From: Williopsis jadinii
Taxonomy: Eukaryota
DNA length: 64,000 nt
Direction of reading: 5' to 3'
Assembly (NCBI GenBank): GCA_024346625.1
Contig: AP024665.1
Coordinates: forward strand, 1,364,001-1,428,000
Part shown: positions 11,794 through 21,945 of the stretch, one piece after another
How positions within the stretch are numbered: position 1 is the stretch's first letter
How the letters are laid out: each line of letters starts with the position of its first letter
Notes under the pieces: generated by a model
Database searches by the model: none
What the model was told of the DNA's origin: nothing
The model's input: the letters and a program-made list of their open reading frames with translations, nothing else
Made by a program: the position numbers and the translations under genes

Positions 11794-11949
11794 TTGGTGT
11801 TACATATTGGTGTTATATATTGGTGTTATATATTGGTGTTATATATTGATCTTATATCTTGATGCTATACATTGATCTTATATCTTGATGCTCTACATTG
11901 GTGTTATATATTGGTGTTATATATTGGTGTTATATATTGGTGTTATACA
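11794..11949. repeat. 13-bp minisatellite, 12 units, consensus TTGGTGTTATATA
   Basis: Units phase exactly every 13 bp from 11794: four consensus units, two TTGATCTTATATC/TTGATGCT(A/C)TACA pairs, then four consensus units. Confidence 0.95.
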
Positions 11950-11979
11950 CCTCGATGTGCATATATACAGACCGTGACC

Positions 11980-12909
11980 TCATCTTCTCGTTGTTCTATT
12001 AGCCTTAATATCAAGGAATGGACTGCTGGAGTAGGAGTCCTGTGTGTCCATCACCGTGGCTCTCTTGAAGATCGAGAGTGGTTGAACCTCGATGATGGCA
12101 TTCTGGGTGACGCTGTTGATGTCCAGGAGATCAGCGATGCTGTGCTGTAGCAGTGATACAGTCACGGTGCCGACTTTCGTGAGTCTCGAGCCAGAGTCCA
12201 GGTCTTCGAGCCCGTACGTTATTACGGTGATTCTCTGTGGTGCTCTGATGCGGTCGTTCATACGGATGTCTTGGTCGATACTTTCAGGCCCCGTCAGGCT
12301 CAACCTGGAGAGGAAGTCTCGGTGTGAGCCTTCAACGTCAAGTCCCATGTTGTTGACAATGTCATGCTCGTTTCTCTCGAGCGCAATGGCAACTCTGTCT
12401 TTGGTCCACTTCTCCAGGTGGTCAGTGTCCATCTCAGTGCCTTTGAACTTCAACTGTGAGGTTTCGAGCCTTTCCCAGCGCTCCGACATGCCTTTGCTTC
12501 TCTTTCTCAGGTTGTGTCTCACCAGGAAGAACCCACCTAGGAACAACGGCGGGACAACGATGAAGAACAAGGGACCAAAAACCATCAGAAACGCACATCC
12601 TCCCACAACGGCAAGCATGGTCTTCATCGCATCTGGAACCAGCGAGAAGATCCCGTTAGAGGGGCCTCTGTTGAAGCGAGGAGGGTCGAAATCAAAACGA
12701 CTGCGTCTATAGCCAATGAATGACGAGGAGGAGAACAAACGACCAGCAGGTACCCTCATTGGAGGAGCTGATGCCTGCGAAGCGTGTTGGGACAGACCCC
12801 ATGAATGGCCATAGTTTGCGAGAAATGGCGGTGAGATGATGCCCTTAGCAGGTCCTCTCAATCCAAATGACAACAACCTTCCACTGCTCAGTGGCTGAAT
12901 GCCGAACAT
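11980..12909 (-). CDS. Hypothetical membrane protein with mitochondrial-presequence-like N-terminus (309 aa)
   Basis: Long ORF; first ATG is at 12909 (MFGIQPLSSGRLL). R/S-rich N-terminus without acidic residues, hydrophobic segment MLAVVGGCAFLMVFGPLFFIVVPPLFLGGFFLV, then a soluble domain. No family recognised. Confidence 0.75.
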   Translation of the reverse strand: MFGIQPLSSGRLLSFGLRGPAKGIISPPFLANYGHSWGLSQHASQASAPPMRVPAGRLFSSSSFIGYRRSRFDFDPPRFNRGPSNGIFSLVPDAMKTMLAVVGGCAFLMVFGPLFFIVVPPLFLGGFFLVRHNLRKRSKGMSERWERLETSQLKFKGTEMDTDHLEKWTKDRVAIALERNEHDIVNNMGLDVEGSHRDFLSRLSLTGPESIDQDIRMNDRIRAPQRITVITYGLEDLDSGSRLTKVGTVTVSLLQHSIADLLDINSVTQNAIIEVQPLSIFKRATVMDTQDSYSSSPFLDIKANRTTRR

Positions 12910-13260
12910 TGCGCGTGTGTTGATGTTTACCGTTGGCCTTCGAATGTATAGCGTGAAGGGAGTGGTGAGAAAGCGGAAAAGTATCACCGCCCCGGACGAG
13001 GGCAGAAACACTCCAGCACTTTCAGCTACAAAGACACAGCAAAACTTATCGAAACGTTATATATTTCATTAACCGATGTTGAAATCCCAGTAACAACCCA
13101 ATGCAATAGTGCAACAGACATTATCTTTTTATGTATATAGAAAAAATGGAAGAAGTGAAGTCGTAAAACGTTAAGTGGTGGTAGATTAAGCCCTCAAACA
13201 AATGTTGAATTGATGAGGTAAAAGTTTAGACATTTCAGTGATTCAGAGCGAGTGGCCAGT

Positions 13261-15567
13261 TTAGTTCTTGGCGTACTTCTCTCTGTAGTACTTAGCAGCC
13301 TCAACCATGTTGGTCAAGGAGGCTCTGGTCTCCTCCCAACCTCTGGTCTTCAAACCACAATCTGGGTTGACCCAGAACTTCTCAACTGGGTAAACCTCCA
13401 AGATGGTGGCGATCTTTTGGATAAACTCCTCCTTAGATGGGATTCTTGGGGAGTGGATATCGAACAAACCGAGACCAGCGTGGTTTGGATAGTCAGAGAA
13501 CTCACGGATGTAGTTTGGATCGTCCTTCTTGGAGAACTCAATGGAGACAACATCAGCATCCAAGGCCTTGATGTGGTTTGGATCCAAGTCAGAGTAACAG
13601 AAGTGGGAGTGGATCTGAGTAGCGTTCTTGACACCGGCAGTGGCGATTCTGAAGGACTCAGCAGCCCACTTGTAGTAGTCTTGTCTCTCCTCACCCTCTC
13701 TCAATGGCAAACCTTCTCTCAAAGCTGGCTCATCGACTTGGATAACCTTGATACCGGCAGCCTCCAAGTCGTTGACCTCATCTCTCAAAGCCAAACCCAA
13801 TTGCAAAGCTTGGGTCTTTTGAGAAGCGTCAACTCTTGGGAAAGACCATCTCAAGATGGTGACTGGACCAGTCAACATACCCTTCATTGGCTTGGTAGTG
13901 ATGGATTGAGCGTAGACGGACTCCTTGACGGACATTGGGGCTGGTCTAGAAACGTCACCAACAATGATAGGTGGACGAACGTATCTGGAACCGTAAGATT
14001 GGACCCAACCGTTTTGGGTGAAGGCGAAACCCTTCAATTGTTCACCAAAGTATTGAACCATATCGTTTCTCTCTGGCTCACCGTGGACCAAAACGTCCAA
14101 ACCAATCTCCTCTTGGAATCTGACAACCTTCTCAATCTCAGACTCAATGAACTTCTCGTACTCCTCCTTGGAGATAGTACCCTTAGTGAACTTGTTTCTG
14201 TTGATACGGATGTCCTTGGTTTGTGGGAAGGAACCAATGGTGGTGGTTGGGAACAATGGCAAGTTGAAAACCTTCTCTTGCTCTTTGATTCTCTCAGTGA
14301 ATGGAGAAGCACGACGACCTTGAGCATCATCGATAGCAGCAACTCTCTTTTGAACGGTCTCATCGTTGGTGATGGAAGAGGTGGAACGGGCCTTGACAGA
14401 GGCAGCGTTAGCCTCCAAAGCAGCAGCAACGTCCTCACCAGAAACGTTCTTAGCAACGGTGACAACTTCACCCAACTTTTGGGTAGCAAAGGAGAAGAAG
14501 TCCTTGATTTCCTCGGACAACTTGGACTCGTTGTTCAAGTCAACTGGGGTGTGCAACAAAGAAGAGGAGGTAGCAGTGATGACTCTGTCAGCACCCAACT
14601 TCTCGACAGCCTTCTTGACCAATTCAGAGGCCTTGGCGAAGTCAGCCTTCCAGATGTTACGACCGTCAATGACACCAACGGACAAAGTTTGCTCTGGGGT
14701 CAAAGCATCGGCAACGGCCTCCAATTGTTCTGGAGCTCTGACAACGTCAATGTGGAAACCAGCAACTGGCAAACCCTTGATGGCATCCAAGTTTGGAACA
14801 ACGGTACCGAAGTAGGAAGCAACGGTGATAGCTGGCAAACCCTCTTGCTTAGACAAGTACTCGTAAGCGGTCTTGAAAGCGGCTTGGACGTTGGCTGGCA
14901 AGTCCAAAACCAAGACTGGCTCATCAATCTGGACGGTCTTAGCACCGGCATCAGCAAGCTTCTTCAAGATCTCAGCGTAGACAGGCAAGATCTTCTCCAA
15001 GAGGGAGATTGGCTCCAAGTCCAAGGAGTCCTTGTCAGCCTTACCCAAGTGCAAGAAGGACACTGGACCAACGAGGACTGGTCTGGTCTCAATGCCCAGC
15101 TCCTTAGCCTCCAAGTACTCGTCAACTGGCTTTTGGCCGTTCAACTTGAACTCGGTGGAGTTGGAGAAGGTTGGTCTGACGTAGTGGTAGTTGGAGTCAA
15201 ACCACTTAACCATCTCCAAGGCAGTCACGTCGACAGCCTTAGCGGTCTCAGTGGCCTTTCTCTGCAAACCACGTCCCATGGCGAACAGAACGTCAATTGG
15301 CTGCAAGTCGTACTTGGTGTAACGGTCTGGGATCACGTTGAACAAAACCTCCAAGTCCAACACTTGGTCGTAGAAGGAGAAATCGTTGGAAGCAATGATG
15401 TCCACACCAGCCTCCTTCTGCAACTTCCAGTTGTGAGCTCTCAGCTCCTTACCAACCTTGAAGAGCTCCTCGACGGAGACCTTACCTTGCCAGTAAGCCT
15501 CGGTGGTCTTTTTAAGCTCTCTCTGAGCACCAATACGTGGGAAACCAAGAACAGATGATTGAACCAT
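13261..15567 (-). CDS. MET6: Cobalamin-independent methionine synthase
   Basis: MVQSSVLGFPRIG, KWFDSNYHY, PTTTIGSFPQT, HGEPERNDMVQYF, IHSHFCYS and WVNPDCGLKTR (Zn ligands). Strong codon bias. Start at ATG 15567. Confidence 0.98.
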   Translation of the reverse strand: MVQSSVLGFPRIGAQRELKKTTEAYWQGKVSVEELFKVGKELRAHNWKLQKEAGVDIIASNDFSFYDQVLDLEVLFNVIPDRYTKYDLQPIDVLFAMGRGLQRKATETAKAVDVTALEMVKWFDSNYHYVRPTFSNSTEFKLNGQKPVDEYLEAKELGIETRPVLVGPVSFLHLGKADKDSLDLEPISLLEKILPVYAEILKKLADAGAKTVQIDEPVLVLDLPANVQAAFKTAYEYLSKQEGLPAITVASYFGTVVPNLDAIKGLPVAGFHIDVVRAPEQLEAVADALTPEQTLSVGVIDGRNIWKADFAKASELVKKAVEKLGADRVITATSSSLLHTPVDLNNESKLSEEIKDFFSFATQKLGEVVTVAKNVSGEDVAAALEANAASVKARSTSSITNDETVQKRVAAIDDAQGRRASPFTERIKEQEKVFNLPLFPTTTIGSFPQTKDIRINRNKFTKGTISKEEYEKFIESEIEKVVRFQEEIGLDVLVHGEPERNDMVQYFGEQLKGFAFTQNGWVQSYGSRYVRPPIIVGDVSRPAPMSVKESVYAQSITTKPMKGMLTGPVTILRWSFPRVDASQKTQALQLGLALRDEVNDLEAAGIKVIQVDEPALREGLPLREGEERQDYYKWAAESFRIATAGVKNATQIHSHFCYSDLDPNHIKALDADVVSIEFSKKDDPNYIREFSDYPNHAGLGLFDIHSPRIPSKEEFIQKIATILEVYPVEKFWVNPDCGLKTRGWEETRASLTNMVEAAKYYREKYAKN

Positions 15568-16032
15568 TGTTAGATTAGTAGAAGAAGTCAATTGAACTGA
15601 TTCAATTTGTTGTTGAAGAACAAGAGAAGAGGAAAAGAAAAAAGATTAGCCACAAAGAAAATTTTCGTAAACGTGGGAATCTGCTCCAATATATATATAC
15701 TACACACAAGCGCTGCGTTTAAGCGCCAGCTATTGATCCCAGCTCGTTCCTGTCGAGCTCAAGTGAAAAATTTTTTTTGCATGTGGAAGAGCGAGCTAAT
15801 CACCGCTTTCAGGTGGAAGGACGCACGTTGAGAGCACCACCGTTGGCGAGGAAACGGCGGGAGGGCGGGCCACGCGCAATTGGGGCCTACTGAGTTGGAG
15901 GATTTAAACGTGATGGTTTGAGTTGTTGAAGGTGTCACTTATTGTGTCATTTTGATAGCTGTGCCTTGGTTGTTAGGTGGTGTATTGTTGTTTGCTGGCC
16001 GTCCCCACCGTCTATACGAACGGCCAGGCAGT

Positions 16033-16242
16033 GTGTGCAGGGTGTGTGCTCGGAGTTGTTTGGGTGTGCGGGTGTGAGGGTGTCTGGGAGGAGTCAGCGC
16101 TTTCGCATGTGAAATTTGTGCAATTTGCGTGCGCGTAGCGGGCGCGGTGCGTTTTTGTGCGATGTCACGTGCGATGGTGCGCGCCAGGGGGCCGGTGGTG
16201 GGTGTGCGGGTGTGTAGGTGTACGGATGTGGTGTGCGGGTGT
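16033..16242. promoter_or_regulatory. Cluster of Rap1-consensus / telomere-like GT repeats plus a Cbf1 site in the MET6-SHP1 divergent promoter
   Basis: GTGTGCGGGTGT at 16064, 16202 and 16231 matches RTGTRYGGGTGT; variants at 16072 and 16218; GTCACGTG at 16164-16171. Confidence 0.6.
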
Positions 16243-16443
16243 GCGCTTTGTCGCCACCCTTTCCATCCTTCAGCATCGCCGTTCGGTGGGGACACGCGCA
16301 CGGACTGTCGTTTCAACAACCACGAAACAACAGCACAGTCCTCCAAGAAGGGTAATTGAGCAGAGAGCGAGCCTGTTACGGACAATTGACTCGCAAAGCG
16401 ACACAGCACTGACCAATTGGAACACCACCCTTGCTCTTAAACA

Positions 16444-17583
16444 ATGGATGAGAACGCCGCCCTGGAGAACTTCTCCGCACTCACTCAAGTGCCAAAGACT
16501 GTAGCTAAGGAGATCTTGGAGAGAAACAACTGGAACGTTCAAGTATGTTAAGCAAGTTTTACCATCTGGCCTTGTACTGACATGGAGCAACAGCAAGCCC
16601 TAGAGGACTTCTACAATGGTCCAACGCAACGCTCGTCCCCATCTCCACAGCCACAGGGCACACAGAGCAACGCCAGCTCGGCGCAGAAGAAGGCCACACA
16701 GAAGAAGGCCACGCCAAAGTTCAAGTCCTTCCAACAATTGGTGAATTCACAGGAGGAGGAAGAGAATGACGAACAGAACTTCTTTGCCGGTGGTGGACGT
16801 GGCTCTGGAATCAACGTTGAGAATCCTAATAACGCCAACAGACTGGTTCAAGATCTGCTGAAGAAAGCTGAAAGCGATGCAGGAGCAGCTGGCGGCGAGT
16901 TTGACGATGAGCCTCAAGTTCCAAAGTTTTCAGGCTCTGGATATAGATTGGGTGATTCTACAACACCTTCACAGAAGATTGGCTCAACAGCACCAAAGAA
17001 GTTGGAAAAGGCCCATAGGGAAATCACATTTTGGAAAGATGGGTTTCAAGTTGGCGAAGGCAAACTATACCGTTATGACGACCCGGCAAACTCACATTAC
17101 TTGAACGAATTGAATGCTGGAAGAGCACCATTGTCGTTGCTCGATGTTGAGTTTGGACAAGAAGTTGTTGTGAACGTTATGAAGAAGCTGGATGAGGAGT
17201 ACAAGCCACCAAAGAGAACAGTAGGCGGATTCCACGGCCAAGGACATAGATTGGGATCACCAGTATCTCCAGATTACGTGGCATCGCAACCACAGTCACG
17301 TGAGGAAACCCCAAAGGTAGAAGAGCAGTCCAAGCCAGCTGAAGCCGAAGCTCAAGGCGATTCACAGGTGCAAGTCCGTCTTGCAGATGGCCGTCGTGTT
17401 ATACGCCGTGTTAACTCTTCGGACCCTGTTCAAGTACTGTTTGACTTTGTCGCTACTCAAACCGACAGCTTAAAGGGCTGGAATTTGAACTATGCTTTTC
17501 CTGTGAAACCAATTGAGGATAAATCAAAGAGCATCAAGGAATTGGGGCTCGTTAATGCCGTTGTCGTGCAGAGATGGGTATAG
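16444..17583 (+). CDS. SHP1: Cdc48 cofactor Shp1/Ubx1 (UBA-SEP-UBX); exons 16444-16542 and 16594-17583 (362 aa)
   Basis: Intron 16543-16593 (GTATGT, branch TACTGAC, CAG) restores the UBA-like NNWNVQQALEDFY. Also FFAGG, FSGSGYRLG SHP box, SEP domain (ITFWKDGF, GRAPLSLL) and UBX (VQVRLADGRR, FPVKP). Confidence 0.93.
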
Positions 17584-17732
17584 TGAAACTACGGTATTCT
17601 ATAATCACATCATAAAAAAGGCAATAATGGGGATATATGCTATTTGTAGGTCCAAGTATTTAAGGGTAATGGTCCAAGACACAAGGGTTATAGAGGAAAA
17701 GTTGTGGAGATGATGAATATGGTAAACTGTTA

Positions 17733-18389
17733 CTAGTACAATTTCAACTCGCCAGTGACTTGATCCATGACAACCTTTGGTGCTGGGCCCAACCCAAGAA
17801 CTGTAGCTGATCCAGCTTCGATCTGTGTTCTTCCAGCGTCGTGGACTATATAGGCGTTGATGTTCAAACTTATTGCCCTTGCATAGAGCAGATCCATATC
17901 TTCTTTGCTCTTGACCTGGAGTGTAATCTTCGCCTGCCCGGTTCTTTCCCATCTTTTCAGCATAGTTAAGTTCTGAGATTCGGCACCGTCCAGCTCCATC
18001 AGCCTGTAGCAGCCAAGCGCAGCATGTGCACACTGTGCTGCTGCCTTACCTTTACCCATTCCCAGATCTGTTCTGACGATGAGTGCCATTCTGGTCTCAC
18101 CAGGTATATCGTTGAGTGCACTGGAGTCCACTTGGAAGTCTTCCTCTTCAGACTCTTCCAAATCAGACGAATACACGCTTCCTTCATCGTCGTCCGAGTT
18201 CTCAGAGGTCTCAGACGTCGGCGTCGTAGACGTCGAAGAGCCACTCGTCGTTGCGGACGTCCCCTTCTTGCGGTTCCTTGCCCTGCGATGCCTCTGGCGA
18301 TGGGACCCAATTGGCAACCAGTTAGAAAGGATGATGCCAGTGACAAAGGATACAGCACACGCTGATACAAGTTGCGTCTGTGTAGCCAT
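17733..18389 (-). CDS. PTH2: Peptidyl-tRNA hydrolase 2 (mitochondrial outer membrane)
   Basis: N-terminal hydrophobic anchor, RMALIVRTDLGMGKGKAAAQCAHA, WERTGQAKI, DAGRTQI, GPAP, VTGELKLY. ATG at 18389. Confidence 0.94.
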   Translation of the reverse strand: MATQTQLVSACAVSFVTGIILSNWLPIGSHRQRHRRARNRKKGTSATTSGSSTSTTPTSETSENSDDDEGSVYSSDLEESEEEDFQVDSSALNDIPGETRMALIVRTDLGMGKGKAAAQCAHAALGCYRLMELDGAESQNLTMLKRWERTGQAKITLQVKSKEDMDLLYARAISLNINAYIVHDAGRTQIEAGSATVLGLGPAPKVVMDQVTGELKLY

Positions 18390-18666
18390 CGCTTCTCTGT
18401 TCTTCAACCCTGTCTTTCAGTCAGCTGTAGAAACAATGGGGAGCTTTTCCGATCAGCACTGTCTAATGTCGCTTGCGCTCTTCTTCAACCTCATCTGGCA
18501 AAGCGTGAAATTTTAACTCCTCGCTTGCCCTGCACCCGACACGCCGGGAGGAAAATAGGCATCAACAGCCTCCACAGCGGGTTTCCACAGTGGATTTTCA
18601 CAACAGAGACATAAACAAAGCGTTGAAACACGGCGGTTCACACGGCGGCAAAGGACTAGCGACGAG

Positions 18667-21600
18667 ATGAGCCTCTCAGATGGGTTGGAGGATCATATAG
18701 AGATCCCCAGCAGCGACGAAGGGTTTACCGCCTCGCCCACTTTCGCAGTGACAGACCTTTTAACGTCACTGGGGGAGCGTACACAGGACGCGGAGTATTT
18801 GGTGACGAAGGGCAACGATTTGATACTTCTGTTACAGAAGTTCCCGTATATCAAGGAGGACTTGATCCTGAGTGCGTTTGGCCATAAGCTGCAGACGCTG
18901 CTCACACATCCAAAGAAGGAAGTTGTTGCCACAGGCTATAGGATATGCCGGTATGTTGTATTCGACGTTGCGTCTCTCCAAGGGCTGATCTCTTTGAAGC
19001 TTGACGTTTTGATGATTATCTCACTGGCGAAAGGCTCTCACCACGACATCGAGAGGGAGCAGGCGATCAAGCTGCTGCGTGCGTTCTTTGACATCCCGAA
19101 CGGTGCAAAGGAGATCACGAGAGGGCTGGCCAATGCGGTGCTGGCCATCGCTGAACAGGTTGACGACAAGATGAGGAAGCTTTGTATAGAGACGTCGTGC
19201 GAGATATGCCTGCTGAGGCCGGATCTGATTAGACCACACTCGATTGTTCAATTCATACTCGACGGTCCCTTTGAGCTGTCTTCGATGTGTGCCACCACTA
19301 TCGTGTCGTTGTTGAACACACAAGAGGGACGGAAGCACATCGAACTACAAGACATGCAAAAGATTATATCTCCATTCACTGAGTTCCCGGTGAAGGGCCA
19401 TTTGAACAATGATCAGATCCAGACAAGTGCGTACGTCATTTCGAGGTTCCTGAAGAACCTTGCTGGACTTCACGGGTTTTGTATGGATGATTTCAAACCT
19501 TTAAGGGAACTGATTGCGTGCCTATCATTCCCAGTGAATGGGGTTGTCTCAAAGTTGTTAGATCTCTTTCTTGATCTTTTGATGGTTAGACCCCTCAGCA
19601 AAAAACCAATTACACAACCAACAAAGACAGTGATTGTTCCCCTAAAGTTGGAAAACCAATTCGTCTTGAGCAATCACTATCTCGCACTCATAGTTACCAT
19701 TTTGTTTCGTTGTGGAATAGTACCACAACTCTTGGGGATTCTGGAAACATCGAAAGATGAGGGAAACTGTACAAAGGCTGGCTGTATGCTTGCAGAGTTG
19801 GCAAATATCAAGACAAACTTGGTTCCGGAAGAGTTCTCAATCGATGATAGTGCAGAGATCATGGTTAATTTTAACTCAACCGACTCTAACAATGGAAGAC
19901 CAGAGTACATATTGGAAAGACTGACGAGAAAGTCTTACAAAGGACGTACCAATCTAGGACTGCAAAACGTCAAAATCTCTGAGAACTTTACAAAGATCTC
20001 TAAATCAAGCAAAAACAATTTCAGCTATTATGCGGATGAAACCAGGTTAAGACAGATGATTTCAGATTCGAAGGTTTTATCATCCAAGAAGTTTGTTGAA
20101 TGGGACTGCGATATTTTAACCGAACTATTCCAAGGACCCTTTATGAATGGCAAGAGACTCGACGATATAAATAGAACAACAAAGTTCTTGAAACGTTTAT
20201 TATCCTTCTACAGACCCTTCAAGCATAAATTCAGTGCTACGAAAAGGACAAAGTCAAGCGTCAGATTTATCAAGCTTGGTTGTGATATCATTACCTGTCT
20301 ATTGAGTTCCCACCAGGGTGTCTTAATCTTAAAAGAGAACAAAATCGTCCCTCAGATTGCAGAGTGCCTTGCTCAGCTGGATCCATATAGCGGTTTCTAT
20401 GCCAAAGATCAAATCTTTTCAAAAGCTAGATTAGAATCAACATTGACTAGTGGCTACTTTACGATACTAGGAAAGATTTCTTCTTATGAGAATGGTTTGA
20501 AACTGATGGAACAATGGAAAATTTTCAGTATCATACACCATATATCAGATGATCCGTTCCGTCGTGAGGATTTGATCATTATGTTTATGAATGAAATGAG
20601 CTACGACTCACCAGGACAATTAAGGGTACTTTTGTCAAAGTTTCTCCATTCTGAGAATAAAAAAATCAAGGTCAGTGCTACCAATTTGCTGAGGACCCTT
20701 ATAAGGAACGAAGAAACGAGGGACTTCGCTTGTGAATTACTTGTTGAGCAACTCTATGAACAAGACAAGGATGTCTGCTCAATTGTGATATCCGTACTCT
20801 CAGAATACTGCGACGAATCAGCTAGACATATGGACCAGATAATCAATCTGAACCCCAGTGTTAACATTCTCAAGCTGTACAGTTCGGGAAGAGACTCGCT
20901 GCTAATGAAATTTCTAAGTACATCTAGTGGGTTTGAATATCTTCATCATAATGGATTCATAGACCAGGAGTTTGACAGTTGGGTTTCTGGTGAGAAGTAT
21001 ATTGACTATGCTTTGGAGGTTGACAGACTGCTCATGAAAATGGACAAGGATTGGGATGACCCTCTTGTGTCTCCTTCAGTTTCACTTCCTCCAAACCTCT
21101 TCGGAGAACTGATAAAGACAGAGGAGGGATTTAGCGTTATTGTACAATCAGGTGTACTAACTGATTTTGTGAACATGGTACGCTTCTATGCGACAAGTAT
21201 AGGTAAAACACAGCCTACCACAATTGATTATCTCAGATTGAAAGCTTGCCTCTGGTCTATTGGCCTTATGAGCACAAGTGATCTAGGCATTGAAACCCTA
21301 GATGTTAACGGTTGTATTGAAGACATTGTTCAAATTGCATATAATAGTCCTCTAATCGATCTTAGAGGGATTGCATTTTATGTTTTGGGTCTCATTTCCA
21401 GAAATATGCAAGGTGTTGAAGTTCTTGACGAGTACTCTTGGTGTTCCAAGCTGGATGTGTATCAAAAATCAATAGGGATTTCTGTTCCAAAGGATACTCA
21501 GAAATTCATCGGGTTCAATCATGATGAAATTGCCTCAAATGAAATCATAGATTTTAACATCTTCAATGAGATAGATTCAGAGGACATGATATTGACGAAG

Positions 21601-21861
21601 CTTGTGAAGATTGTGGCAGATTTGTGCAATCACGTCTACCTGAATTCTGCATCCAAGGAGCTCACAACCTTTACTAAACAGCATCCAGAGTGCTTCGAAG
21701 ACCCTGATGTTTTCTACCTCGTCCTCCAGTACTTCGAGATGTACAAGTACCGTCAGACTGTAAGAAAATTCATCATCGAGGCATTTACCGAATCCAGTCG
21801 TTTGCTGGAGACTATTGTGAAACGTGACAAGAAACGTATGAAAGAGCTTTTGAGAACCTAG
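18667..21861 (+). CDS. TSC11: TORC2 subunit Avo3/Tsc11 (Rictor family)
   Basis: RICTOR-N features (YRICRY, EREQAIKLLRAF), FLKRLLSFYRPFK, IAECLAQLDP, LFGELIKTEEG, LKACLWSIG, RGIAFYVLGLIS. Syntenic with MET6 as in S. cerevisiae (YER091C/YER093C). Confidence 0.88.
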   Translation: MSLSDGLEDHIEIPSSDEGFTASPTFAVTDLLTSLGERTQDAEYLVTKGNDLILLLQKFPYIKEDLILSAFGHKLQTLLTHPKKEVVATGYRICRYVVFDVASLQGLISLKLDVLMIISLAKGSHHDIEREQAIKLLRAFFDIPNGAKEITRGLANAVLAIAEQVDDKMRKLCIETSCEICLLRPDLIRPHSIVQFILDGPFELSSMCATTIVSLLNTQEGRKHIELQDMQKIISPFTEFPVKGHLNNDQIQTSAYVISRFLKNLAGLHGFCMDDFKPLRELIACLSFPVNGVVSKLLDLFLDLLMVRPLSKKPITQPTKTVIVPLKLENQFVLSNHYLALIVTILFRCGIVPQLLGILETSKDEGNCTKAGCMLAELANIKTNLVPEEFSIDDSAEIMVNFNSTDSNNGRPEYILERLTRKSYKGRTNLGLQNVKISENFTKISKSSKNNFSYYADETRLRQMISDSKVLSSKKFVEWDCDILTELFQGPFMNGKRLDDINRTTKFLKRLLSFYRPFKHKFSATKRTKSSVRFIKLGCDIITCLLSSHQGVLILKENKIVPQIAECLAQLDPYSGFYAKDQIFSKARLESTLTSGYFTILGKISSYENGLKLMEQWKIFSIIHHISDDPFRREDLIIMFMNEMSYDSPGQLRVLLSKFLHSENKKIKVSATNLLRTLIRNEETRDFACELLVEQLYEQDKDVCSIVISVLSEYCDESARHMDQIINLNPSVNILKLYSSGRDSLLMKFLSTSSGFEYLHHNGFIDQEFDSWVSGEKYIDYALEVDRLLMKMDKDWDDPLVSPSVSLPPNLFGELIKTEEGFSVIVQSGVLTDFVNMVRFYATSIGKTQPTTIDYLRLKACLWSIGLMSTSDLGIETLDVNGCIEDIVQIAYNSPLIDLRGIAFYVLGLISRNMQGVEVLDEYSWCSKLDVYQKSIGISVPKDTQKFIGFNHDEIASNEIIDFNIFNEIDSEDMILTKLVKIVADLCNHVYLNSASKELTTFTKQHPECFEDPDVFYLVLQYFEMYKYRQTVRKFIIEAFTESSRLLETIVKRDKKRMKELLRT

Positions 21862-21945
21862 CGACGAGATTATATATATAGAGAGGGTAATGATTTATGA
21901 ATGCAAACGGACATTATTATATACAGTGAAAATGCAAGGTATGTT

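Noticed and set aside
11794..11949. Regularly spaced repeats as a CRISPR-like array
   Set aside because: The units are contiguous with no unique spacers, the context is eukaryotic, and there are no cas genes.
13252..15558. 768-aa antisense ORF overlapping all of MET6
   Set aside because: It is in codon register with MET6. A highly biased gene that avoids TTA, CTA and TCA has no stops on the opposite strand. It starts at GTG, and the product is L/V/G/D-rich with no recognisable domain.
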